Positions 50,956-60,613 of a stretch of DNA of 64,000 bases are shown here, piece by piece (within the stretch, counting starts at the first letter, position 1; each line of letters opens with the position of its first letter). Source of the DNA: a virus; IMG/VR virus record IMGVR_UViG_3300034064_001073, positions 15,874 to 79,873 of that record; one strand, given 5' to 3'. Below the pieces are notes generated by a model, which worked only from the letters and a program-made list of their open reading frames with translations, had not been told where the DNA came from and did no database searches. Position numbers and translations under genes: made by a program.

Positions 50956-51762
50956 ATGAAGATCGACCGCGAAGATAAGTTCATGTTCTCTATCATTATG
51001 GTACTTGTTACGTTCATTACGACACTGTTCATCTATTCGGTGAGTATCACTCGTGAACATGCGGCGGCTATGTATGAGAAAGAAGTCCGTCAGGCTGTCT
51101 GGGTAGCCGATAGCGACTATGCAGAGGTTGTGATGCAGTTGGAAGAGTACCTTGACGAAAAGTTTCATGCAGAAAACAATATCCACCATGGTATTGGCCC
51201 TGTTGCAACCAAAGGCGATAAGGGCCCTCTTGAGGACACTTGGGACTGTACCGCTTGGAAGTGGAAGGGTAAAGTCTATACGGCAGAACACTGTGTACGT
51301 GAAAACTACGAGGAAACTATGGGTGACGTAGTTGTATCGGCTGATAAGTACCCCCATGCCATCAAAGAGGATCTATATGACATCGGTATTGAATGTAGCA
51401 CGGATCTGCGCTGGTGGGGTGCGAATACGGACATGTGGGGCTACATTCCTTTTGAGCAGGCATTTAATCACTATAAGCAAGTAGTGAATGGTGCAACTGT
51501 TACTAATCAGCGCTTCATCTGTGCTGCTAGCATCAGCCTTGAGATTGCTCCTGTGGTTGGCGACTCTGGTGGCCCGCTTATGGCTGGTGATGAAGTCATT
51601 GGCTTCGTCAGCTATGGTGAGAGCCCGAAGTGGGCTGACAGTGATATGCTTGAGAACTTTGACATCAAATATAAGGACGCCCTATATGGTGACCTTACAT
51701 ATTGCTGGGGTGTACTGGATAGAAGCCAGGATACGATCAGCAAGTCGGAACAGTCCAACTAA
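50956..51762 (+). CDS. Membrane-anchored trypsin-like serine protease
   Basis: YTAEHCV (His), YDIGI (Asp) and GDSGGPL (Ser) triad motifs, plus an N-terminal TM helix. Start is uncertain (ORF is open from 50821). Confidence 0.85.
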   Translation: MKIDREDKFMFSIIMVLVTFITTLFIYSVSITREHAAAMYEKEVRQAVWVADSDYAEVVMQLEEYLDEKFHAENNIHHGIGPVATKGDKGPLEDTWDCTAWKWKGKVYTAEHCVRENYEETMGDVVVSADKYPHAIKEDLYDIGIECSTDLRWWGANTDMWGYIPFEQAFNHYKQVVNGATVTNQRFICAASISLEIAPVVGDSGGPLMAGDEVIGFVSYGESPKWADSDMLENFDIKYKDALYGDLTYCWGVLDRSQDTISKSEQSN

Positions 51763-54700
51763 TGCTTAATAACATGAAAAATAACATCAACATTAATAAG
51801 GTGAATCTCATGTACAAGTTTCTTGCTCTTGCTTTTGCCATCTTCTTCGCAGTGGAGTTTGCTATGTTTGATATTGTGGAAGTCATGAAGAATGTTCTCA
51901 TTGCCGTTGCCCTTGTTGCCACTGGTGCATTTGCTGCAATGCTAAAAAACAACATCGCCCTTACGGGCAAGGAGAATCCCGCCATGGGAATTGAGCGTTT
52001 GGCCTGTACGGCTCGCATCTTCGTTGCAAGCGTTATTGCAGCGATCTTCCCTGTCGTGACCGCTCAGCATGCGGTCGAAATCCACTTCATCTTCGGCTTT
52101 ATCAGGTCGATTGTGGAGAGTGTTGCTCTGCAGTCTAAGTCGTTCCGCGTTAAGATGGCAAAAGTCATCAAGGCTCGCGGTCGTCGTATGGCCAAGGCGA
52201 AAAACTGGACGGTCATCCGCTACCAGCGTTGGTTGGTAAAGTGGGGCATGGCCAATAAGGCAAAGAAGGCAAAGATGAAGAAGAGCAACAACAGCTTTGT
52301 TGTTAAGGTAAGCAAGATGTCACGTGAACAGCGCCGTCGCCTTGCTCACCAGTGGCGCAAGAAGGCAGGAATTAAGCACGTGAACAAGGTTGTCTTGCCA
52401 TCTGACAAGAAGGAGCCGATGTTCATCTACAGCGAGGGATCCAAGATTCCTGGTGGCCGTAAGAGCTCGCCGCCTGCCTTTATCCATGTGGCAACAACCA
52501 TTGCCGCACGCAAGCGCAACAACAACGGTGGAAAGAACGTGAAGACTGGTCCTGCGTTCAACACTCGTGCCAGGATTCTTGCACAGCTTGACCGCAAGAA
52601 GAACGAAAAGACTCGTCCTCAGAACGAGATCAAGGCGCGAATCGCTGCACGCAAAGCAGCTCGCCGCCACGTCAGGGCAAACAGCCCTATCTTGGCAATG
52701 ATTGCCGCAATCGCCATCACTGGCCGTGACTTGGCTGATTCCCTTATGGGGCAGTCGCTGACGGAACTTCTGCAGGGTGGGCCTGCATTTGTGATCTTCG
52801 GCATCATTGCCGTCATCTGTGGCCTTGCTCTTCTCAACTGGGCAAATCAGGAAGAGAAGAAGGGCGATAATGGCGACGAGACGGGCAAATTCCGCCTGTA
52901 CAGCGGTCCCTTTGTGGGCCAGGGAGAGAATATGGAAGACGACAATACCCAGACCGCCAAGGAGGTCAAGATGGGAATGATTGAGAACAGCAATAACGTG
53001 CTTCGGGCTATCCTCGAAAAGCTCACGGGGGTTGGCAATGAAATGACGTCTCCGATGGCTAAGAGCGACAGGGAGGTTAAGACTTATGGTCGTACCCTTG
53101 ATGCCCTTGGCTACGAGGAGACGGCTCTCACCATCCTCCATAAGGGTTTCCGTAAAATGGTCATTCGTGACCTGACGGACGACGATGTTCGTGCCCTGGA
53201 AGGTAAGTTCATCTGGAAGACCGAGAACTGCATGGTTATCGTCCGTGACAGCCAGCAATACGAGATGCCCAATGAGTGCTTTACTGCACTGATGAAGGCG
53301 GTCGTGGTTGCTGGTCAGGTCCCTGACAGCAAGAAGGTTGTAACCCTGCAAGAGGTCAACAAGTACATGGGCTCGCTCCTGTGGGCTCGTGCCTCGGTGG
53401 TCTCCATCAAGCTCAGCGAGATCCTTGTCATGAGCAAGGCAGTATCGGATCTCTACGACGGCACCGTCTACGTTTCGGCCACGTTTGCGGCTCAGGCTGG
53501 CTGGCAGGGTTACGCGATTCGTCGTATCCTCACGGCCAAGGGCTTGGTCAAGGGCATGGTTATCGTGCTCCCTGACACGTACTTCCCGGCCGGTATCAGC
53601 ATCATTGCGAGTGAGATCAAGCAGCACTTGTCTCTTCGCAACGATAACGGTAAGGCCATTGTCATGCAGCCTCAGGGCGATGGTCACAGTGGTTCGGCCC
53701 GTACACTCTCCATGCAGCTCTGGGCAATGATCATGGGTGTCTTTGTTGGCAGCAAGCGCTTCGATGCGTTCGCTAGCGACAGCTACAAGGATGCCATGAA
53801 CGGCTTGGACAAGGCCACGGAGAAGATGCTTGATCCTGCTGAAGAAGGCGAGGATGGCCGTGACAAGCTGCTGGCAGAGGCGGCACGTCAGCACGGGTTC
53901 AATCCCGTCGCGGCATTCCGCAGCTACGGCATGGCCCTTGCGCAGGGTCTCACCAAGGCCTTCAACCCGAAGAAGGTCAACCTTGCACCTAAGAGTGCTA
54001 ATGGCAAGGTCCTCGCTCCTGAAGGGTATCCCATGATGATCCCCTGGATGGCGCTTGCCGATGCATTCACTAATGCCAAGCAGGATGTACCCGCCTGGAT
54101 GGCAGAGAAGCTTGAGGTCGCTATCGTTATCGAGAAGGCCTTGATGAAGCGTGCGAATGGCGCTATTCCTGTACTTGTGAGCAATCTCAAGATGCTGGAT
54201 GCTGCCAAGGTCAACGGCATCCGTCAGTATGTCATTGCTGCGATTGCTACTCGTATCCCGACGGGTAAGACCTCGGGTATCGAAGTTCTCCTGTTCGACG
54301 CTGACGAGTTCGGCACCCGTCCTGTGGACATCGGACCTGGCCTTGTCGGTCGCAAGAGCAAGGATGTAGAGTTCTGGTTGTTCCCCAACCAGGAGACTCT
54401 TGCATTCAAAATGGCTTCGGAAGGCGGCGACGATGATGACCTTTACAAGTTTCTAACTGGCAAGCTCCTTGAGATTGCTCGTGACGGTCTTGTGTGGCGC
54501 GACAGCATCCTCGAAGAGACCTCTGAGTCAAAGGACAAGGAGACGAAGCTGCGTAATTTCCTCAAGAAGTTCGCAGCAGAGATGCGCATCGACAAGGGCA
54601 AGCTTACCGCCATGATGGACATGCCCTTCGCCAAGAAGTTCGCAGCTGGTAAAGTTATGGTCGGCTGGCCGTCGCTCCTCGGCGTCAAGAAGGTATCCGA

Positions 54701-57700
54701 TGGGTACCGCATTGAGATCGAGGAAGTCAACGAGGACGCTATCTTTATGACGGTCAACAGCCGTCAGGACATCGAAGCGCAGATGGACTTGTTTGCGAAG
54801 ACCATGGTGGCAAACAATGATAGCCCGTTCAGCGCGGCCATCGGTACGGTCGCGCAGTCTCACAAGTTCGCCTTGGGCATCTTGGCGGGTCACGTTGTGC
54901 TTCCTGAGCACATCCGTCACATTGCCAAGGACTGGGCGCTGTTCGTGGTCCGCACCATCCTGCTTTCTGACATGGTCGATGCCTGTAACAAGGGCAAAGG
55001 CTACAAGAAGGCTGCAGAGGCACTCCAGGAGCTCAATTGGGCCTGGGGCTGGCTCTGTTACCAGATTGCCAAGGTCGAGGACGCTAAGGTCGTATGCCCC
55101 AGCCAGTACCTGGTAAGCGTGCCTCCCATGGCTCGTGACCTGTTCAAGGCCCGTCATGCAGAGACCTATGAGCTGGATGGCAAGACCCGCAAGCCTGGTT
55201 CAATGCTTGCTAACTTGTTCAGCTACCATGAAAAGCTGGGCAATGCGGTAGAAGCTCTTGCTACCAGTCAGCATGACCGCATGGAGTTCGCAGCTACCGT
55301 GAGCGTAATGGCTGACGCAGTTTCGATCCCGATGGGTGGTGCTCCCTCTGCCCAGGCGTTCGTTGCTCCTATCTGGAAGAAGGTCTGGTCGGAGAGCGGT
55401 CGTCTCAAGACCTACCTTGATGGCCTTCAGTGGCTGTCTGAGCGGAAAGAAGAGGGCAATGATGACGTCAAGGCTAATCAGCGCTATATGGCTGAGCTCA
55501 ACGACATCACGGTGTGGGCGGCTCACGCGGAATTCGACATGACTGTCCTTGCTGCTCTTGTGGACGCCAATCCCAAGGCAAGCAAGGCTGAGATCGAGGC
55601 TATGTTCAAGATCGCCAAGCTTGCCATGATTTACGTCAATGGCTTCAAGGCGCTGCACGTACCAGACAACAGCATCAAGATCATCATGGACAAGGACGGC
55701 AAGTTCGTGGCCTCGGGTGGTGTTGCTGGCTACCTTCTTCCGACCTGTGGCTCAAGCAGCTGTGTCGGCAAGGATGGAGAGGCGGAGTTTGTGGGTGGCA
55801 GTGAGATCCTCATCGAGTGGATGATGGATCCTGCGGTCATTGCTGCAGTCGCCGCACGCAAGGCTGTTGATGGCGACTTCAAGTTCGTGACCTTTGTCAT
55901 GAAGACGGATGCCTTCGGTGATGTAGTCAACGGTAAGCGTCCTCTCCTTTACACGGAAGACGACTTCACTGGTAAGACCGTCATGGAGATTCTCGGGATG
56001 CCTGGTGTCTACTTGGCTGGCAATACCGATGATGAGGCTCACGAGATGCAGAGCACGTTCCTTGCTGGCATCGCAGACGATGTCAAGAAGAAGCGCAAGG
56101 ACACGCTTGTTGCAATGAAGCGCGCGATTGCCGACGCCAAGGCCCGTGCTGCAGAGGCTAAGACGCAGAACAAGCATAAGCTTTATGCTCAGCTTATGCA
56201 GCAGGCCGCAGAGGCTCAGGACAAGCTGACCGCCTTTGCCGCGAGCTCGTTCGCAGAGCTTCTTGGCGCATTCAAGATCCGCAGCGTCGAGGAGAATGTC
56301 AAGGGCACTGCAGTTGTCGAGACCATCGACACCTTCCTCTGGCAGGACGCTAAGAAGCAGGCGTATGCTCAGTACCACAACACCTTTGTTATCGTCAAGT
56401 TCGAGTCTGACTCGGATCCTGAGGGTGACAAGGTTGAGGTTGTTGCTCCTGTTGAGGTTGTCGCAGCTCCTGTGGTGCCTGCTGTTGTGGCTCCTATTGT
56501 GGCTCCTGTTCAGAAAGATAAGGGTGATCTTCTTGGTCGGCTTAACCGCATTCATAATGTCAAGGAGCCTGCTGTTGTGGCAACTCCTGCCGTGACTCCC
56601 GTTTACCGGATCGCTTTCACGGGTCACCGCCCTGAGAAGATTGGTGGCTACGATGAGAGCAGCCCGATGCGCGTCGCTGTGAAGAACGCCATTGCAGATG
56701 CATTGAAGCGTGCAATTGCTAAGCATGGCGAATCCAAGGAGATCATCGTCGTTACGGGCGGTGCCCTCGGTGTAGATACTGATGCAGCCCGTGAAGCGTA
56801 CAAGCTTGGTCTTAAGTTCATCGTGGCGCGTCCTTGCAGTGACCACGGTGAAAACTTCAAGGCTGACGCTAAGGTTGCCTATCAAAAGATGCTCAAGATT
56901 GCTCATAAGGTTGTTCTCGTCAATGAGCAGCCGTACGACTTGGCAGGCAAAGCAGACTGTCTCCATGCCCGCAACCGCTGGATGGTCGACAACTGTGACG
57001 CTGTCGTTGCTATCTGGGACGGCTCTCCTAGCGGCACTTCGAACTGCGTTGCCTATGCAAAGAAGGCCAATCGTCCAATGATCATCATCAACCCGAATGA
57101 TCTAATGGGCAACGAACCTACTCCTCCTAGTGATCCTAAGCCTGCTCCTGAGACTGCTCCTAGTGTGAGATCAACAACGCTTGGTCTTCCTAATCGTCTT
57201 GCAGATCAGGTTGAAGTTGAAGCCAAACTCGGACTTCCTGAGGATGGTCGTAGCTTTACTGGAGAAATCCAGACACCAAACGGAAATACGATTGCAAGCA
57301 AATATACCCGCATTGTGTACGGCGACCATGGTCCCTACATCGAGCTCGATGCTGCTAGTGTTGACCTTAGCAAATGGCAGATCCGTCAGAAAGGTTCTCA
57401 GGCTTGGTATGACGAAGCCCGGCTTGATGGAGTAATGCTGTACATTCAAAATCGGGATGTCAGCACCCTCCCGAATCCTCCTGCGGGCGCAAAGTCTACG
57501 CGCAACAACCGCCCCGAAGGGTATGCAGACTATCAGCCAGGAATGCTGTACGTTGATCCCTTTAAGGTCAAGATTGTTCCTGCTGCTACTGTATCAGAGG
57601 TTCCTGCTGTGAAGAATGAACGCAAGGACTATCCCATCAGCGGTCATACCTACCGTGAGATCTTCCAGGAAAATGGCAAATATAGTGCTGAACTTGCAGA

Positions 57701-58292
57701 GAAGTTCTTCGACCTTGATTACGTCCTCGATCTGCGGCGCGAACCTCAGAACCAGCATGACAACAATGCGATTGCCCTGTATGCTCAAAGGGACAAAGTC
57801 GGATACGTGCCTAAGGATCTTGCAAAAATGCTTGCCCCCATGATAGATGCTAATCCTAGACAGAAGTACAACTTCCAAGCAGTAGTCACTGGTTGGGATT
57901 CTGGCTATCCTCGTTTTGCCTTGGAATTTGTAACCGTTCATCAGGGTCGTAAAGGAAAAGAAGATGGCCGCCAGTACCAGTACTGGGCAGTTGACAAGAA
58001 TGAAGCAAAAGACTACGGCTCCTTTGTTGACACAGCAATCGTCTCCCTCTCGACTATGATCTCCACCAAGGAAAATCCTGCGCGTTGGGACGAAATGAAG
58101 ACTCAGTACTCTAAGGTATCTGGCTACTGGTTTGACCTCTGCGATGGAGATACGGAAAGCCACAATAAGTTCTTTGCTTGGTTGGAAAACCAGGGACTCA
58201 CTGGTATCAACTTCCTTGGCGGCGAAGATAACAAGTATGTCGTCACCTTTGGAACTAAGGTGATTATGTCGCGCAAGAGCAATGTAGGCTAA
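51762..58292 (+). CDS. 2176-aa YonO/cellular-RdRP-like single-subunit RNA polymerase fused to SLOG (YspA/DUF1273-like), an unknown domain and HIRAN
   Basis: YDGTVYVS...R...KGLVKGMV...SEIK fits barrel 1 and ATRIP...LFP...ASEGGDDDDLY fits barrel 2. IAFTGHRP...TGGALGVD...RNRWMVD...WDGSPSGT is SLOG. LRREPQNQHDNNAIAL...VGYVP is HIRAN. There is a strong internal GGAGG-ATG at 52961-52973. Confidence 0.75.
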   Translation: MLNNMKNNININKVNLMYKFLALAFAIFFAVEFAMFDIVEVMKNVLIAVALVATGAFAAMLKNNIALTGKENPAMGIERLACTARIFVASVIAAIFPVVTAQHAVEIHFIFGFIRSIVESVALQSKSFRVKMAKVIKARGRRMAKAKNWTVIRYQRWLVKWGMANKAKKAKMKKSNNSFVVKVSKMSREQRRRLAHQWRKKAGIKHVNKVVLPSDKKEPMFIYSEGSKIPGGRKSSPPAFIHVATTIAARKRNNNGGKNVKTGPAFNTRARILAQLDRKKNEKTRPQNEIKARIAARKAARRHVRANSPILAMIAAIAITGRDLADSLMGQSLTELLQGGPAFVIFGIIAVICGLALLNWANQEEKKGDNGDETGKFRLYSGPFVGQGENMEDDNTQTAKEVKMGMIENSNNVLRAILEKLTGVGNEMTSPMAKSDREVKTYGRTLDALGYEETALTILHKGFRKMVIRDLTDDDVRALEGKFIWKTENCMVIVRDSQQYEMPNECFTALMKAVVVAGQVPDSKKVVTLQEVNKYMGSLLWARASVVSIKLSEILVMSKAVSDLYDGTVYVSATFAAQAGWQGYAIRRILTAKGLVKGMVIVLPDTYFPAGISIIASEIKQHLSLRNDNGKAIVMQPQGDGHSGSARTLSMQLWAMIMGVFVGSKRFDAFASDSYKDAMNGLDKATEKMLDPAEEGEDGRDKLLAEAARQHGFNPVAAFRSYGMALAQGLTKAFNPKKVNLAPKSANGKVLAPEGYPMMIPWMALADAFTNAKQDVPAWMAEKLEVAIVIEKALMKRANGAIPVLVSNLKMLDAAKVNGIRQYVIAAIATRIPTGKTSGIEVLLFDADEFGTRPVDIGPGLVGRKSKDVEFWLFPNQETLAFKMASEGGDDDDLYKFLTGKLLEIARDGLVWRDSILEETSESKDKETKLRNFLKKFAAEMRIDKGKLTAMMDMPFAKKFAAGKVMVGWPSLLGVKKVSDGYRIEIEEVNEDAIFMTVNSRQDIEAQMDLFAKTMVANNDSPFSAAIGTVAQSHKFALGILAGHVVLPEHIRHIAKDWALFVVRTILLSDMVDACNKGKGYKKAAEALQELNWAWGWLCYQIAKVEDAKVVCPSQYLVSVPPMARDLFKARHAETYELDGKTRKPGSMLANLFSYHEKLGNAVEALATSQHDRMEFAATVSVMADAVSIPMGGAPSAQAFVAPIWKKVWSESGRLKTYLDGLQWLSERKEEGNDDVKANQRYMAELNDITVWAAHAEFDMTVLAALVDANPKASKAEIEAMFKIAKLAMIYVNGFKALHVPDNSIKIIMDKDGKFVASGGVAGYLLPTCGSSSCVGKDGEAEFVGGSEILIEWMMDPAVIAAVAARKAVDGDFKFVTFVMKTDAFGDVVNGKRPLLYTEDDFTGKTVMEILGMPGVYLAGNTDDEAHEMQSTFLAGIADDVKKKRKDTLVAMKRAIADAKARAAEAKTQNKHKLYAQLMQQAAEAQDKLTAFAASSFAELLGAFKIRSVEENVKGTAVVETIDTFLWQDAKKQAYAQYHNTFVIVKFESDSDPEGDKVEVVAPVEVVAAPVVPAVVAPIVAPVQKDKGDLLGRLNRIHNVKEPAVVATPAVTPVYRIAFTGHRPEKIGGYDESSPMRVAVKNAIADALKRAIAKHGESKEIIVVTGGALGVDTDAAREAYKLGLKFIVARPCSDHGENFKADAKVAYQKMLKIAHKVVLVNEQPYDLAGKADCLHARNRWMVDNCDAVVAIWDGSPSGTSNCVAYAKKANRPMIIINPNDLMGNEPTPPSDPKPAPETAPSVRSTTLGLPNRLADQVEVEAKLGLPEDGRSFTGEIQTPNGNTIASKYTRIVYGDHGPYIELDAASVDLSKWQIRQKGSQAWYDEARLDGVMLYIQNRDVSTLPNPPAGAKSTRNNRPEGYADYQPGMLYVDPFKVKIVPAATVSEVPAVKNERKDYPISGHTYREIFQENGKYSAELAEKFFDLDYVLDLRREPQNQHDNNAIALYAQRDKVGYVPKDLAKMLAPMIDANPRQKYNFQAVVTGWDSGYPRFALEFVTVHQGRKGKEDGRQYQYWAVDKNEAKDYGSFVDTAIVSLSTMISTKENPARWDEMKTQYSKVSGYWFDLCDGDTESHNKFFAWLENQGLTGINFLGGEDNKYVVTFGTKVIMSRKSNVG

Positions 58293-58490
58293 TCTCTTTG
58301 CGACTAGAATGGTAAGCAACAAGCAGGCCATTTTTTTCTTCTTTCCTAAAATAGTCCAGATACTCCGCTGCCTTTGTTCGTTCCTCCGCGAAGGCCTATA
58401 TGTACCTTGTAATGCCTGCACCCGCCTGCATAGCCTCCTTCGTCGTCCAGATCTAGTGAGCACTTTTGCTCCTCTTGTACGGTGTCCCCC

Positions 58491-58673
58491 ATGGTCAATC
58501 CCGTTTTTGATGTCCTTACGAAGCCCCAACTCCTTGCGCTGCGGGCGATGCTCGTACACCAGGCCAGCCTCGACGAACTTGAGACCGCGGCCTACATCGA
58601 GACCTGCAAGACCCTCGTCGCAGAGATCGATGAGATGATGGAGCATGCCGAGATGTACTGCTCTGAAGTCTAA
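58491..58673 (+). CDS. Small early hypothetical protein
   Basis: Between promoter copy 1 and a terminator; codon usage like its neighbours. Start is 58482 or 58491. Confidence 0.6.
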   Translation: MVNPVFDVLTKPQLLALRAMLVHQASLDELETAAYIETCKTLVAEIDEMMEHAEMYCSEV

Positions 58674-58685
58674 CGCATCCTCTCA

Positions 58686-58717
58686 ACCCTCGGCTTCGGC
58701 TGGGGGTTTCGCTTTCT
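58686..58717 (+). terminator. Intrinsic terminator
   Basis: ACCCTCGGC-TTCG-GCTGGGGGT followed by a T-rich tail. Confidence 0.8.
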
Positions 58718-58915
58718 CACTCCGCTCCCCGGCCACAAGGCTCCAGCTGCAGCAGCCCTTCGGGAACCAGGCTCCGCTTCACAGTGGGGTAACTCCAGCA
58801 ACCAGGCCCTTCGGCCGCGACAAGGACCGTCAGCAGAGGGAAAAGAGGCCGGACTCCGCTGAATAACCAGATGGCTTGTGGCAACTAGGGGTCTTACGAG
58901 GCTCCTTCGTCGCCC

Positions 58916-59157
58916 AAAGCAGCGGATGGTGGCTGCCGCTACCCGTATCAGAGAAGGCCTGTCGGTCTCTGGTATGTATCAGACAGGGGCGGTTCCCAGT
59001 CCGCTTAACACAAAAACTGGCTGTCATCCCTTTAGGATGGCATGTTAATAAACGTCCCCTCTTGGACGTGTTCCTGGTAGTGGTAGTCCTACCTACTGCG
59101 TACCAGGATAGAGAGGTAAAGCCCCAGCACGGTAGGACGTGTTGGGGTTTTATTTTT
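58916..59157 (+). ncRNA. Structured multi-pseudoknot ncRNA, copy A
   Basis: Promoter-to-terminator unit with no credible ORF. Hairpin-loop CCTGTC pairs with GACAGG, CCAGT with ACTGG, and GTCCTAC with the terminator loop GTAGGAC. Homologous to copies B and C. Confidence 0.7.
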
Positions 59158-59221
59158 CTCACTCCGCTCAATAACCAGATGGCTCATACAACCAGGGGTC
59201 TAACGAGCTCCTTCGTCGCTT

Positions 59222-59555
59222 AAGTACGTGAGGTAGTTGCGCACCTCTTAGACATGCTCACAACCCTGGGTGAGCGTGAGGAGCCTAGCGAGGCAGGCAC
59301 AGAGGGAGAGTAGACTGGGCTCAATCCACCAGTAGATGCCACACCAATAGTTGTCGGGCATCAAAGCACTAGAAAGGGCCTGTCGGGTTCTAGTGTACAG
59401 TAGACAGGTGCGGTTGCCAATTCCGCATTACGATTTGGATAAGCCTCCTCTTAGGCTGATAGACTCGTAACTAGTAGTGACCCTGCTAGTGTCCTAATAC
59501 GAGATAGAGAAGTAGAGCCCCTGACACAGTAGGACGTGTTGGGGGTTTTATTTTT
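59222..59555 (+). ncRNA. Structured multi-pseudoknot ncRNA, copy B
   Basis: Same core as A with different stem sequences, an extra 5' domain of about 140 nt, and a near-identical terminator. Confidence 0.7.
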
Positions 59556-59623
59556 GTTACTCCGCTATATAACTAGATTACTAGTAAGTGTATAGTGGTT
59601 TGTTAGGGGCTCCTTCGTCGCCC

Positions 59624-59773
59624 AAAGCACTGGGCGTTGACGCTCTGCCATCTCCGTTGGTAGAGACTAGTTCTAATAGACGGGGAGTCCCAAGTCGTCC
59701 TTACGGGCTTGGATAAGACTATCAACAGAAGGACAGATTCCCACTACTAGGCCGGTAGTGGGTTTCTTTTTTT
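59624..59773 (+). ncRNA. Short pseudoknot ncRNA, copy C
   Basis: CTCTGCCA/TGGTAGAG stem whose loop TCTCCGT pairs with ACGGGGA; CCAAGT pairs with GCTTGG. Shares TTACG...TTGGATAAG with B and ends in the terminator CCCACTAC/GTAGTGGG plus a T-run. Confidence 0.6.
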
Positions 59774-59835
59774 GGCCTCCTTCGTCGGCCAGAGAACATG
59801 AGGCACTTTCGCCTCTTGGTCCATTGGAGGACAGC

Positions 59836-60048
59836 ATGAAAGCAGGCAAGTATCACTCCTACGACTGGCGCACAGAGCGGGATGCGGATGCTAATAGGAG
59901 CGTCTTCAGGGCCGCATGGAAGGCAAAGTTCCCTGGGGTCGTGCCGCAGTTCGCCATCATCTTGGATGACGGCAGTTGCCACTGGTGGAACGAGTGGCCG
60001 GATGGGCGGACTCGCCGCCTCCCGCCCGGCACATTCAACATCGAGTAA
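59836..60048 (+). CDS. Small early hypothetical protein
   Basis: GGAGG SD and ATG at 59836; lies between promoter copy 5 and the terminator at 60055-60087. Confidence 0.7.
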   Translation: MKAGKYHSYDWRTERDADANRSVFRAAWKAKFPGVVPQFAIILDDGSCHWWNEWPDGRTRRLPPGTFNIE

Positions 60049-60283
60049 AGATAGACCCCCTGACTTCGGTTGGGGGTTTTTCTTTTCTCACTCCGCTATA
60101 GACCTACAAGGCTCCAGCTCTCAGGCTCTTCGACGGTCGGCAGGTAGGAACCCAACAGCAAAAAGAGGCGAAAATATAGACTCCGCTATGGACCGGAAAG
60201 ACTTTCATCAACTAGTAGTGTAACGGCCTCCTTCGTCGGTTAGGTATGATGAGGTAATGTTGCCTCTGCATTGGAGAATGAAC

Positions 60284-60466
60284 ATGGATAGCGTTTTCTT
60301 TCTTGACAGCCTGAACAACGTATGGCAGACCTGTGGCGCTGACGATAACGATGCTGTGGCATTCGGGCCGAGGGGTTGCGCACGCCGCGTGCCTGCCGCC
60401 TGCTACAACGTTTACCAGAACGACGAGATCGAGGCTGGATGGCAGCTCATCGAGATCACTGGCTAA
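60284..60466 (+). CDS. Small early hypothetical protein
   Basis: GGAG SD; lies between promoter copy 6 and the terminator at 60473-60506. Confidence 0.65.
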   Translation: MDSVFFLDSLNNVWQTCGADDNDAVAFGPRGCARRVPAACYNVYQNDEIEAGWQLIEITG

Positions 60467-60613
60467 TGTGTGACCCTCTGGCTTCGGTCGGAGGGTTTCG
60501 CTTTTCTCGGCTCCGATGACCGGACGGATGGTTCCAGCTCCCAGTAGTCTTACGAGCCTCCTTCGTCGGCCAGAGCATCGGGCAATTGCGCCCCTATTTG
60601 ACTGGAGAATGTC

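Noticed and set aside
58309-60223. Plus-strand ORFs 58309-58638, 58645-58866, 58876-59223 and 59882-60223
   Set aside because: They lack an RBS and span terminators, repeats or better-supported genes.
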